Made by a program: the position numbers and the translations under genes. From Planctomycetota bacterium (lineage in GTDB: Bacteria; Planctomycetota; UBA8108; UBA1146), in assembly GCA_012960845.1 (NCBI GenBank), contig DUAN01000157.1, forward strand, positions 6,739 through 70,738: a stretch of DNA of 64,000 nt, given 5' to 3'. Below the pieces are notes generated by a model. It was given only the letters and a program-made list of their open reading frames with translations, did no database searches and was not told the DNA's origin. Positions within the stretch are counted from its first letter, which is position 1. Every line of letters starts with the position of its first letter. This document shows positions 11,745-23,705 of this stretch, in pieces.

Positions 11745-11935
11745 TTCATTTCAAGTCGAGTTCAATGGAAGCCTGGATTCCTCGATGACCTGAATTGCCT
11801 GGTCCTCGGGGAGATCCCTCAATGGATCGACTGGTCCCCACTTCGTCGTCGATGTAAAAGACAGGCTCTCGGAAACGATGGTCGAGCAAACGAATCGGAC
11901 ACCGTTTCACGGCGACATGGTATTGCGTAAACGCA

Positions 11936-12994
11936 ATGTCTGCAAGTAAGGAATCCATGACGATAGGAACTCCACTCTGGCACCCTGGAGAGATCCCGGC
12001 AGCGCTGCTCGAGGCGCTGAAGGGTGCCAAGCGCCCGCTGATCTTGACTCACGTCTATCCCGATGGAGATGCCCTGGGATCGGCGGTTTCCATCCATCGA
12101 CTGCTCGAAGATCTGGGGGCCGCTCCACAAACCATCTTGACCCATCCGGTCCCGCAAAAACTGAGTTTCATCGATCATGACAAGGTGGCTGAAGTACTCG
12201 ACGGTGAGCCCACACCCCAACAGATCGAGCTGGCTCAGAACTGCGATCTGGTCGTGGTGGTCGACACTTCCGAACCCGATCGGCTCGGGCACATGCGCAA
12301 GGTGGTCGAGGGTTGCGACGCACCGAGAATCTGCATCGATCACCATCTCGAAGGCTCGGTCGATTTCTTCGATCAGATCTGGTGTGAACCTGGATCACCA
12401 TCGACGGGTAATCTGGTGCTAGAAGTGATCCAGTCACTCGGTTGCGAGATGAGCCAGAGTAGTGCCGAATCGTTGTTCGTGGCGATCGCGACCGACACCG
12501 GTTGGTTTCGTTACTCGAACTCCGGTTCGGTGGCGTACAGATATGCGGCCACCCTGGTCGAGTCGGGGGTCGACCCGGAACCGATATTCCAGAGAATTTT
12601 CCAGTCCTTCAGCCTACAGAGAACCCAGTTATTGGGGGATCTGCTGGCGTCGATCCAGGCTCCAGAGGAGAACAGGATCATCTATTCAGTGCTGACGCAG
12701 CCGATGAGGAGCATGCGAGGGGTGGATCTGGAAGATCTGGATGGATTTGTCGACTCTCTCGGTCAAATTGCCGGGTGTGAGATCGTATTCCTCGTCGTTG
12801 AAGTCGGTCCCGGGCGTTATAAAGTATCTCTTCGGTCCCGTGGGGAGTTTTCGGTACATCGAATCGCCGCTCATTTTGACGGCGGAGGGCACGCCAAGGC
12901 CGCCGGGTGTCGACTGGAAGGCTCTGAAGAGCAGGTGATCGAGAACTTGCTGGGTCAATGTAGGCTGACACTGGACGCAGGTCCTGTGGAGTGA
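11936..12994 (+). CDS. nrnA: DHH-DHHA1 phosphoesterase (NrnA/DhhP-like nanoRNase / pAp / pApA phosphodiesterase)
   Basis: It has a DHH-family N-terminal domain (THVYPDGDALGS, VVVDTSE, IDHH) and a DHHA1 domain with the GGGH motif. Confidence 0.75.
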   Translation: MSASKESMTIGTPLWHPGEIPAALLEALKGAKRPLILTHVYPDGDALGSAVSIHRLLEDLGAAPQTILTHPVPQKLSFIDHDKVAEVLDGEPTPQQIELAQNCDLVVVVDTSEPDRLGHMRKVVEGCDAPRICIDHHLEGSVDFFDQIWCEPGSPSTGNLVLEVIQSLGCEMSQSSAESLFVAIATDTGWFRYSNSGSVAYRYAATLVESGVDPEPIFQRIFQSFSLQRTQLLGDLLASIQAPEENRIIYSVLTQPMRSMRGVDLEDLDGFVDSLGQIAGCEIVFLVVEVGPGRYKVSLRSRGEFSVHRIAAHFDGGGHAKAAGCRLEGSEEQVIENLLGQCRLTLDAGPVE

Positions 12995-13037
12995 GGGTGT
13001 CGAGAACGAGAGTTCGCGGAAGGGAAGCGGTGCACCA

Positions 13038-14285
13038 ATGAAAGTCGATCTCGGCGATCGTTCGAAGATCCTGATCCTGATGCTGCTGGTCGGCACCGCC
13101 GGGATCGCTGTTCCTGGTTGCGGTGATCCCGTGGCGCCGGTGGAGGTCGAGCCCACCACTCCGCGCAAAACTGCCGAGGAACTCGCCCAGGAGCAGGAGC
13201 AGCGCGACAAGGAGAGACTGGAAACACGCTACAAGGGTCTTTCCAAGGCGGTGAAGACCGATCCTGAACGCTTCGATGACTGGATCTCTCATCTGGAAGA
13301 TTTGATCTATGCCTCCGAGGGAACCTCGATCCAGATCAAGGCCAAGAAACTGCTCGAAGCACAGTTCCAGTTCCGCGAGGACGAGGGGCAAAAGAGTCTC
13401 GATCAGATGACCAAACGGGTCGAGGCGTTGGTCGAGGAGGGAGACCCCCTCGCCGCAGAGAACATTCTTGAAGGGTTTGATCCCGATGGACTGTTCGAGA
13501 AAACCGCTGCTTTCAAGGGCTGGCAAGCGCTGAAGAAAAAGGTCGCGATGCGTCAGGCGGCAGAGGTCGATTTCGACCGGATCACCCGACGAGCGCGGGC
13601 CTATCGCCGCCAGGAGGAGTTGGCCCAGGCCATCGGCTTGCTCGAGTCCTTTTCGGACGAATACAAGGGGACCCAGGAGTATGCAGAAGTGGTGGAAACG
13701 ATCCAGGAGTACCTCGCAGAGTACGTGGTCGCTCGTGCGGCGATCGCCGAGCAGTTAGCCATCGAGTGGATCGATCTCGAAGTGGATCAGTACCTCTCTT
13801 CCTTCCGTGCATCTGCAGCCGATTCCGATGCGACCGTCTGGACTGCTGAGGGTGGAGAGGTGGTGGGAAACAACGAGACATCCGGTCTTGCACAGCTGGA
13901 GATCGGCGATGATCTGTGGGAAGAATACTCGGTCGAGATGGAGATTCAGCTGGTTTCAGGAGATCAGATCAATCTGGGAATCACCGCCGGGATGCGTCCT
14001 GGAGCGGGGATCAAGAATTACGATGTCCACGGCTTCGAGTCGGAGGAGGAGGAGTGGCTGAGGATCCGGATCGAACTGAAGGAAGGGCTGATCCGGTTGA
14101 CTGACCTCGACAGCCTCGAGCGTCTGGATGATGACATGCGTCCATATTTTGCCGCGGGAGGGATCGCAGTGCTGCTCAGGCCTGATGAGTCGGTCCGTCT
14201 ACGCAACGTCCGTTACAAGGTCTTTCGACCCGTTCCCGGAGAAGAACCGGATCCGGACGGAGCGGAAGAAGAATCGGAAGGGTAG
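13038..14285 (+). CDS. hypothetical lipoprotein, charged/coiled-coil rich
   Basis: A signal peptide with a lipobox-like AVPGC is followed by long Glu/Lys/Arg-rich helical sequence. It is immediately upstream of the HK-NtrC pair. Confidence 0.5.
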   Translation: MKVDLGDRSKILILMLLVGTAGIAVPGCGDPVAPVEVEPTTPRKTAEELAQEQEQRDKERLETRYKGLSKAVKTDPERFDDWISHLEDLIYASEGTSIQIKAKKLLEAQFQFREDEGQKSLDQMTKRVEALVEEGDPLAAENILEGFDPDGLFEKTAAFKGWQALKKKVAMRQAAEVDFDRITRRARAYRRQEELAQAIGLLESFSDEYKGTQEYAEVVETIQEYLAEYVVARAAIAEQLAIEWIDLEVDQYLSSFRASAADSDATVWTAEGGEVVGNNETSGLAQLEIGDDLWEEYSVEMEIQLVSGDQINLGITAGMRPGAGIKNYDVHGFESEEEEWLRIRIELKEGLIRLTDLDSLERLDDDMRPYFAAGGIAVLLRPDESVRLRNVRYKVFRPVPGEEPDPDGAEEESEG

Positions 14286-14295
14286 CCGCACCTCG

Positions 14296-15018
14296 GTGAC
14301 CGCCTTCGACGCCAGCCAACTAGGTCACTGGGAGCAGGATGTCGCCAGTCTCGCGGGCATGCTCGTCCACGAGGTCAAGAATCCACTCTCGACCCTGAAC
14401 ATTTCTTCCCAGTTACTCCTCGAGGAACTGGGAGATACGGGATCTGCACGCGATCAGCGAACCCGCCGCAGGCTCGAGATGATGAAGTCTGAAATCCAGC
14501 GCATCGAACACATCATCTCCTCGTTTCTTCAACTGACTCGACCACAGCAGATGCAGAGAGACGCCATCGAAGTTTCACGGCTGGTCGAGGATGTCATCTC
14601 GAGGAATCGGGAAGCGATCGAATTGGATGGAATCAACATCCTGTTCCAGCCGCAGGAGACCCCGAAAGTCGCTGGAGATGCGGCATTGTTGCACCAGGCG
14701 ATCCTCAACTTGATCCTCAACGGTTGTTCTGCCATGCCGGATGGAGGAGAACTGTTCATCCGGGTGCTCATATCGACCTACCGTGGTGGAGATGCGGTGG
14801 TGATCGAGGTGACGGACACCGGTGTCGGGATCACCGAGGACGCAATTCCGAGGATTTTCCGACCCTATGTGTCGACCCGGGACGGAGGCACGGGGCTTGG
14901 CCTTCCCACCACCTTGAGGATCATCCGCCTTCATGGGGGTACGATCCTGGTGGAGAGTGAGCCCGGTCAGGGAAGTCGATTTTCCGTGGTGCTGCCGACC
15001 GAGGGCCCGTCGAGATGA
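14296..15018 (+). CDS. sensor histidine kinase lacking recognizable sensor/TM domain (HisKA + HATPase_c only)
   Basis: It has the H-box LVHEVKNPLSTL and N/G boxes (LNLILNG..., GTGLGLPTTLRIIRLHGG). The GTG start (or ATG at 14359) follows the stop of the upstream gene. It overlaps the NtrC-like gene start (ATGA at 15015). Confidence 0.6.
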   Translation: MTAFDASQLGHWEQDVASLAGMLVHEVKNPLSTLNISSQLLLEELGDTGSARDQRTRRRLEMMKSEIQRIEHIISSFLQLTRPQQMQRDAIEVSRLVEDVISRNREAIELDGINILFQPQETPKVAGDAALLHQAILNLILNGCSAMPDGGELFIRVLISTYRGGDAVVIEVTDTGVGITEDAIPRIFRPYVSTRDGGTGLGLPTTLRIIRLHGGTILVESEPGQGSRFSVVLPTEGPSR

Positions 15019-16439
15019 AGGAGTATGAGATGCAGGGTGAGGCTTCCAGTTCAGCGGGAACTCCTGCTCGGATTCTGGTCGTCGATGACCAGTCCGCTCA
15101 CGCTGAATTGCTGGCCGAGGCGCTGGTCTCGGTGGGGCATGAATGCCGGGTTGCGACCAGTGTCGATGAGGCGAAGGAACTGCTGCGCAAGGAGGGGGCG
15201 GATATCGTCATCACCGACCTGGTGCTGGGTGATCGCGACGGCCTCGACCTGATCCGGGAGGCACAATCGATCGACCCCTTCATCGCAGTGGTGGTGGTGA
15301 CCGGTCACGGAACCGTCGAAACTGCAGTCGAGGCGATGCAACTGGGAGCGGTGGATTACCTGCGGAAGCCGGTCGACCTGACCGGTCTACGGATTCGAGT
15401 CGGACGAGCTCTGGAGGGTGCAGCTCTCAAGCGACGTGCCGACGAACTGGAACGAACCATCGATGATCGCTTTGGTTTCGAGGGCATCATCGGTTCCAGC
15501 CATTCGATGCACCTGATCGTCCAGAAGATGCAACAGGTGGCCCCGACCAACGCATCGATACTGATCCTCGGCGAGAGCGGCACAGGCAAGGAACTGATCG
15601 CCAAGGCGATTCATGCCAATAGCCGCCGCAAGGGTAATGTATTCGTGCCATTGAACTGTGCAGCACTCGGTGAAGGGGTGCTGGAGAGTGAACTGTTCGG
15701 TCACGAAAAGGGTGCGTTTACCGGGGCATCCGCATTGAGGAAGGGCCGCTTCGAGCATGCCGATTGTGGATCTCTTTTTCTGGACGAAGTGGGTGACATC
15801 CCGAATACAGTCCAGGTCAAGTTGCTGAGGGTGCTGGAGGAGGGGGAAGTGGTTCGCATGGGATCGAATGACCCCGTCAAGATCGATGTCCGGTTGATCT
15901 GCGCCACTCACCGCGATCTTCGTCAACGCATCGAAGAGGAGAAGTTCCGCGAGGATCTTTTCTACCGCATCAATGTGGTCACCATCGAGATTCCTCCTCT
16001 ACGTGAGCGTGTCGTCGACATTCCGCTGCTGGTGAGTCATTTCCTCGAGGAGTACTCCAGGGTGCACGACAAGACCATCGATGGAATCTCTCGCGAGGCG
16101 CTGAGAGTGTTGATCGCATATCGCTGGCCGGGGAATGTTCGGGAGCTGAAGAATGCCATCGAGAACATGGTCGTGACCTCTCCCAACTCGGTGCTCGATG
16201 TCGATGATTTGCCGGGTCACATCCATCCGAGGCAACCGCTGCCCAGTAGCGGTTCGGCGGTGGTCGGGACGACCATCCAGGAGATGGAGCGGGATCTGAT
16301 CTGTTCGACTCTCGAGTTTGTCGGGGGCAATCGTCGCAAGGCGGCCCAGTCCCTCGGGATCGGCGAAAGAACCCTCTATCGCAAGATCCAGGAGTATGGC
16401 CTGCGCACCGCCGAAGAGGAGGAGGAGCCTGCCAAATAG
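15015..16439 (+). CDS. sigma54-dependent response regulator (NtrC family): REC + AAA+ sigma54-activation + Fis-type HTH
   Basis: It has a REC domain with the phospho-acceptor region VITDLVLGD, Walker A GESGTGKE, the ESELFGHEKGAFTGA GAFTGA motif and a C-terminal HTH. Confidence 0.85.
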   Translation: MKEYEMQGEASSSAGTPARILVVDDQSAHAELLAEALVSVGHECRVATSVDEAKELLRKEGADIVITDLVLGDRDGLDLIREAQSIDPFIAVVVVTGHGTVETAVEAMQLGAVDYLRKPVDLTGLRIRVGRALEGAALKRRADELERTIDDRFGFEGIIGSSHSMHLIVQKMQQVAPTNASILILGESGTGKELIAKAIHANSRRKGNVFVPLNCAALGEGVLESELFGHEKGAFTGASALRKGRFEHADCGSLFLDEVGDIPNTVQVKLLRVLEEGEVVRMGSNDPVKIDVRLICATHRDLRQRIEEEKFREDLFYRINVVTIEIPPLRERVVDIPLLVSHFLEEYSRVHDKTIDGISREALRVLIAYRWPGNVRELKNAIENMVVTSPNSVLDVDDLPGHIHPRQPLPSSGSAVVGTTIQEMERDLICSTLEFVGGNRRKAAQSLGIGERTLYRKIQEYGLRTAEEEEEPAK

Positions 16440-16668
16440 GCAGTCCTTCCAGTTTTCCCACACCTTGAGTGCCATCCTGGCAGGTCCAGCCTTCTCCCCG
16501 CCCCTTCACCTTCTCCCGTGATTGCGATTTCCTGCCATAATAGCGATAATTTGTGGCCATCTAGCCTCATCCTGGGCTCGATTGGAACGAGGTTTGCGAT
16601 TTCATTGGTGGAGCCGAAGCGGCTTCCTCGGACCAAGATCGGTCCGGGCTTGCGAAGGGAGAAACATA

Positions 16669-18603
16669 ATGAGCAAGATCATCGGAATCGACCTCGGTAC
16701 CACCAACTCAGTGGTTGCCGTCATGGAGGGCGGAGAGCCCACAGTCATCCCGAACCGCGATGGAAATCGAGTGACCCCGTCCGTCGTCGCCTTCACCGAT
16801 ACGGGAGATCGCCTGGTCGGCCAGACCGCCAAGCGCCAAGCGGTCACCAACCCGGAGAACACCGTGTTTTCGGTCAAGAGGTTCATGGGGCGTCGTCATG
16901 GAGAACTGGGCAAGAGCGAACTGCTGATTCCATACGAGATCACTGGAGGAGCAGAGGACCTGATCAAGGTCAAACTGCAAGGCAAGGAATACACACCGCC
17001 AGAACTGTCGGCGTTGATCCTCCAGGAGTTGAAAAGTACCGCCGAGGACTACCTCGGAGTTGAAGTGACCGAGGCCGTGATCACGGTTCCGGCGTACTTC
17101 AACGATAGCCAGCGTCAGGCGACCAAGGACGCCGGGCGAATTGCCGGGCTCGATGTGAAACGAATCATCAATGAGCCGACTGCGGCGTCCCTCGGCTACG
17201 GTCTGGAGAAGAAGGGATCGGAGAAGATCGTGATCTACGACCTGGGAGGCGGAACCTTTGATGTTTCGATCCTCGAGGTTGACGATGGGATTTTCAAGGT
17301 TCTGTCGACCAATGGCGATACACAACTCGGTGGAGATGACTTCGACGAGGTCTTGATCAACTACATCGCCGACGAGTTTCAGAAAGAGCAGGGGATCGAT
17401 CTGCGAAGTGATCTGATGGCACTCCAGCGCCTCAAAGAAAGCGCAGAGAAGGCCAAATGTGAGCTCTCGAGCCGTGCAGAGACCGAACTGAACCTGCCGT
17501 TCATCACTGCTGACGCCAGCGGTCCCAAGCACCTGCAGATGTCGATCACCCGGGCCACCTTCGAGGAGAAGGCCAGAGAGCTCATCGAGCGTACACGCCG
17601 TCCATGCGAACAGGCGCTCTCCGACGCGGATATGAACCCGAGTCAGATCGATACGGTGATCCTGGTCGGTGGATCGACGCGGATCCCCGCCATCCAGGAG
17701 ATCGTCCAGTCCATCTTCGGCAAGGAACCCAATCGCTCGGTCAATCCGGATGAGGTCGTGGCCATCGGAGCTGCAATCCAGGGAGGAATCCTCGCCGGCG
17801 ACGAGAAACTCAGCGATGTTCTGCTGCTCGATGTGACTCCGCTCTCGCTCGGGATTGAAACCCTCGGAGGAGTGACCACCAAACTGATCGATCGCAACAC
17901 GACGATCCCTCACAACAAGAAGCAAGTTTTCTCGACTGCAGCGGACAATCAACCTGCAGTGGACATCCACGTGCTTCAAGGGGAGAGGGAGATGGCCTCG
18001 GACAACCGGACCCTGGGTAAATTCCAGCTCGACGGAATCCCTGCGGCGCCACGCGGAGTGCCACAGATCGAGGTCTCATTCGATATCGATGCCAACGGAA
18101 TCCTCGAGGTGTCTGCCAAGGACATGGGTACCGGCAAGGAGCACAGTATCAAGATCCAGTCCTCCTCTGGGCTGAGTGAGGAAGAGGTCGAATCGATGCG
18201 GCAGGATGCCGAACGATTCGCCGACGAGGACAAGGCGACCCGTGAACTGGTCGAAATTCGCAATGAAGCGGATCAGGCCTGCTATGCCACCGAATCGAGC
18301 CTCAAGGATCACTCTGACAAGATGGAGGGTGACGAGGTGGAGAAGATCGAGAAGGCACTGGAGGCGCTCAAGGAGGCCAAGTCCGATACGGCTGCGACCT
18401 CCGAGTCGATCCGGGTTGCCCTCGACGGGCTCAATGAAGCCTCTCACGATCTGGCCCGGCGGATCTACGAGCAGGCCTCGCCGGAGGCTGCCGCAGAGGG
18501 GGCAACGGGTGCTCCAGGCGGTGCTGCTCCTGGAGGAGCGTCCGCAGAGGGCCAAACGGCGGAAGAGCCGATCGTCGACGCCGATTTCACCGTGAAGGAC
18601 TAG
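16669..18603 (+). CDS. dnaK: molecular chaperone DnaK (Hsp70)
   Basis: It has [23 protein letters not shown] and the other Hsp70 signatures, with an RBS gggagaaaca upstream. Confidence 0.95.
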   Translation: MSKIIGIDLGTTNSVVAVMEGGEPTVIPNRDGNRVTPSVVAFTDTGDRLVGQTAKRQAVTNPENTVFSVKRFMGRRHGELGKSELLIPYEITGGAEDLIKVKLQGKEYTPPELSALILQELKSTAEDYLGVEVTEAVITVPAYFNDSQRQATKDAGRIAGLDVKRIINEPTAASLGYGLEKKGSEKIVIYDLGGGTFDVSILEVDDGIFKVLSTNGDTQLGGDDFDEVLINYIADEFQKEQGIDLRSDLMALQRLKESAEKAKCELSSRAETELNLPFITADASGPKHLQMSITRATFEEKARELIERTRRPCEQALSDADMNPSQIDTVILVGGSTRIPAIQEIVQSIFGKEPNRSVNPDEVVAIGAAIQGGILAGDEKLSDVLLLDVTPLSLGIETLGGVTTKLIDRNTTIPHNKKQVFSTAADNQPAVDIHVLQGEREMASDNRTLGKFQLDGIPAAPRGVPQIEVSFDIDANGILEVSAKDMGTGKEHSIKIQSSSGLSEEEVESMRQDAERFADEDKATRELVEIRNEADQACYATESSLKDHSDKMEGDEVEKIEKALEALKEAKSDTAATSESIRVALDGLNEASHDLARRIYEQASPEAAAEGATGAPGGAAPGGASAEGQTAEEPIVDADFTVKD

Positions 18604-18626
18604 CGAATTCACAGTATCGGAACATG

Positions 18627-18668
18627 AGGCGGCACGGATTCTCAAGAGTCCGTGCCGCCTTTCTCATC
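18627..18668 (+). terminator. rho-independent terminator after dnaK
   Basis: A perfect 12-bp inverted repeat aggcggcacgga / tccgtgccgcct with a 10-nt loop is followed by a ttctcatcc tract. Confidence 0.7.
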
Positions 18669-18865
18669 CAGCTGCTGGCCGGCGTGGAAGAGTTTTCCCG
18701 CCAGATATTGCAGAATCGCTCCCTTCCGACCATCCTCACCCCACCGCCTCGGGGGCGGCAATCGTTCGGTGACCCATTGCCGGGTGCTCCAGCCCTGTTT
18801 CAGGCCGCTGGACCTGTCAGCGAGTCTTTCCTAAAGAACTGGGGCCAACAGGCCGAAATAGACTG

Positions 18866-20914
<2,049 letters not shown>

Positions 20915-20931
20915 TCACGGGAGGAGCCACT

Positions 20932-22032
20932 GTGCGCAAGATCGATCCAGACACCAATCGGTTCCGCAACATCGTACGCGGTAAGATACGCGAGAATCTC
21001 AAGCAATACGTCTCTCAGGGAGAGCTACTGGCTCGCCAGGGCAAGAAGGTCGTCAGCGTCCCTTTGCCCCAGATCGATATCCCCAACTTCAGATTCGGTG
21101 ATTCCCAGCAGGGTGGTGTGGGGATGGGCGATGGAGAGGTGGGCGAGCCGATCGGCGAAGAGCAAGGCCCTCCAGGTGCTGAAGCTGGAGATCAGCCTGG
21201 AGAGCATGTCATCGAGGTAGATGTTTCCCTCGAGGAACTCGCCGAGATCCTCGGTGAGGAGCTGGAATTGCCACGGATCGAGCCTCGGGGAACCGAATCG
21301 GTCAAGGTCGAAAAGGATCGTTACACCGGCATCAATCGTAATGGCCCCGAATCACTGCGCCACTTTCGACGCACTTTCAAGGCGGCGTTGAGGCGCCAGA
21401 TTGCCAGTGGCTCCTACGATCCAAAGAATCCAAAAGTGATCCCGGTTCGAGAGGATCGAAGGTACCGATCGTGGAACACGAAGCAGGTTCCTCAGTCCAA
21501 TGCTGTGATCATCTACATGATGGATGTTTCCGGATCGATGGGGAATGAGCAGAAGGACATCGTCAGGATCGAATCCTTTTGGCTCGACACATGGCTGCAA
21601 AGTCAGTACGAAAATATCGAGACCAGATACATCATTCACGATGCCCAGGCGAAACTGGTCGATGCGCACACCTTCTTCCATGTCCGGGAATCGGGCGGAA
21701 CCAAGATTTCAAGTGCCTACAACCTGGCCAAAGAACTGATACAGAAGGAGTTTTCTCCGGTCGAATGGAACATCTACCCGTTCCACTTCTCCGATGGAGA
21801 CAACTGGGGTGGAGATGATACCGCCCAGTGCATCCGCTTGCTTCAAGAGGACCTGATCCCGGCCAGTAACGTGTTCTGTTACGGCCAGGTCAAGAGTGCT
21901 TACGGCAGTGGTCAGTTCATCAAGGATCTTCGAGAGGGAGTGGGCCAGGACGAAAAGGTACTGGTTTCAGAGATCAATTCCCGCGATGAGATCCTGCCGT
22001 CGATCAAGACCTTCCTCGGGAAGGGATGCTGA
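20932..22032 (+). CDS. yhbH: DUF444 protein YhbH/YeaH (vWA-like)
   Basis: The GTG start has a GGGAGGAG RBS. It matches the DUF444 family (YIMDVSGSM vWA MIDAS-like motif) and holds the conserved position between prkA and spoVR. Confidence 0.8.
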   Translation: MRKIDPDTNRFRNIVRGKIRENLKQYVSQGELLARQGKKVVSVPLPQIDIPNFRFGDSQQGGVGMGDGEVGEPIGEEQGPPGAEAGDQPGEHVIEVDVSLEELAEILGEELELPRIEPRGTESVKVEKDRYTGINRNGPESLRHFRRTFKAALRRQIASGSYDPKNPKVIPVREDRRYRSWNTKQVPQSNAVIIYMMDVSGSMGNEQKDIVRIESFWLDTWLQSQYENIETRYIIHDAQAKLVDAHTFFHVRESGGTKISSAYNLAKELIQKEFSPVEWNIYPFHFSDGDNWGGDDTAQCIRLLQEDLIPASNVFCYGQVKSAYGSGQFIKDLREGVGQDEKVLVSEINSRDEILPSIKTFLGKGC

Positions 22033-23531
22033 AGATGTTGAGGAACAGAGAACTCACGCCTGAAATCGAGGAATGGCGCCAGACCATCCGCCAGTATGCG
22101 GTGGATTGTGGGCTCGACTTCTTCGAGGTTCTCTACGAGCTGGTGGATTACGATGAGATGAACATGATTGCGTCGTATGGCGGATTTCCTGTTCGCTATC
22201 CGCACTGGCGCTGGGGAATGCAGTTCGAGGAGTTACAGAAACAGTACTCCTACGGCCTGGCAAAGATCTACGAACTGGTGATCAACAATGATCCTTGCTA
22301 CGCATATTTGATGCGTTGCAATCCACTGGTCGATCAAAAACTCGTCATGGCTCACGTATATGGGCACAGCGACTTCTTCAAGAACAACTGCTGGTTTGCA
22401 CATACAAACCGCAAGATGGTCGACACCATTTCCAACCACGCAGTCAGAATTCGCAGGCATATCGACGACCAGGGGCAGGATGTGGTCGAGGAGTTCATCG
22501 ATGTTTGCCTGTCCCTTGAAAATTTGATCGATCCGCACCTGCCGTACTTCGCTGCAGGCGAGAAGCAGAGTGAAGAGACGCTGGATCTGGCGCGGAACGA
22601 GGCGCAGGGGGTTCGATTCGCGGCCAAGCCATACATGGAGGAGTTCGTCAATCCTGCCGAGGTGCTGGCAAAAGAGAAAGCAGCGATCCTCAACAAGATC
22701 GATGAATCGGAGAAGTTCCCCGAAGATCCAGAAAAGGACGTGCTGAACTTCCTGCTCCATCATGGCCAGTTGCGAAGGTGGCAGCGAGACGTCCTGTCGA
22801 TCATCCGGGAAGAAGCGTACTACTTCGCTCCCCAGGGAATGACCAAGATCATGAACGAGGGCTGGGCTTCTTACTGGCATTCCAACATGATGACCCGGAA
22901 CATCCTCGATGCGTCTGAACTGATCGATTACGCCGACCACCACTCGGGCACCCTTGGGAGCAGCCCCGGTGTGTTGAATCCTTATAAGGTGGGTATCGAG
23001 TTATTCCGGGATATCAAGATGCGGTGGGACATGGGGCGCCACGGAAAAGAATGGGAGTCCTGCGAAGATGTTCATGGCAAGAAGGAATGGGATCGGGACG
23101 AAGATCTGGGCCTGAAGAAGATCTACGAGGTGCGCAGCACTCACAATGACATCACCTTCATCGACGAGTTCCTCACCGAAGAATTTTGCGACCAGCACAA
23201 GATGTTCACCTACAAGTTCGATCGACAGACAGGGAAGTACATCCTCGATGGGAGGGACTTCTCCTCGATCAAGTTGGCATTTCTCGATCAGTTGTCAAAC
23301 TGTGGTAGACCGAGAATTCAGGTGCAGGATGGTAACTATGGCAACAGGGGCGAACTGTTGTTGAAGCACATCTGGTCCGGTACCCCGCTGAAACTCGATT
23401 ACGCGACTCGCACACTGGAAAATCTCTACAAACTGTGGGGGCGTCCGGTATTTCTCGAGACCATCATCGAGGGAAAGACCAAGGTGCTGGGCTTCAACGG
23501 CAGTGCTCACGACGAGAAATCGAGCGCCTGA
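22026..23531 (+). CDS. spoVR: SpoVR/YcgB family protein
   Basis: It overlaps the yhbH stop. Its N-terminus [31 protein letters not shown]... is typical of the SpoVR family. Confidence 0.85.
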   Translation: MLKMLRNRELTPEIEEWRQTIRQYAVDCGLDFFEVLYELVDYDEMNMIASYGGFPVRYPHWRWGMQFEELQKQYSYGLAKIYELVINNDPCYAYLMRCNPLVDQKLVMAHVYGHSDFFKNNCWFAHTNRKMVDTISNHAVRIRRHIDDQGQDVVEEFIDVCLSLENLIDPHLPYFAAGEKQSEETLDLARNEAQGVRFAAKPYMEEFVNPAEVLAKEKAAILNKIDESEKFPEDPEKDVLNFLLHHGQLRRWQRDVLSIIREEAYYFAPQGMTKIMNEGWASYWHSNMMTRNILDASELIDYADHHSGTLGSSPGVLNPYKVGIELFRDIKMRWDMGRHGKEWESCEDVHGKKEWDRDEDLGLKKIYEVRSTHNDITFIDEFLTEEFCDQHKMFTYKFDRQTGKYILDGRDFSSIKLAFLDQLSNCGRPRIQVQDGNYGNRGELLLKHIWSGTPLKLDYATRTLENLYKLWGRPVFLETIIEGKTKVLGFNGSAHDEKSSA

Positions 23532-23705
23532 GCGGCTCTGGGCGGCCGGATGAGTTGTCGATAATCGCTCCATTCCGATATATCTGTGACTTCTGGCCCG
23601 CTCGACTTGAAAAATCGAGCCATCTCTTCGATGATGCAGGGTGTCGGAGGGTGCCAGAGGGGATCTCCTTCGACCTCGGTGATCTTCCCCTGGCCAGGAG
23701 TCCTG

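Noticed and set aside
16440-16668. Possible sigma54 (-24/-12) or CIRCE heat-shock elements upstream of dnaK (e.g. ctggcaggtccagcc, gagtgcca).
   Set aside because: GG/GC spacing does not fit TGGCAC-N5-TTGC, and only a partial CIRCE half-site is present. This cannot be supported by eye.
16708-17979. 423-aa minus-strand ORF inside dnaK.
   Set aside because: It is antisense to an unmistakable Hsp70 gene and has a low-complexity, Arg/Leu-rich composition typical of GC-rich shadow ORFs.
23532-23705. Possible cobalamin riboswitch upstream of icmF.
   Set aside because: No B12-box (GCCACTG-like) or conserved riboswitch stems were recognisable in the 174-bp leader.
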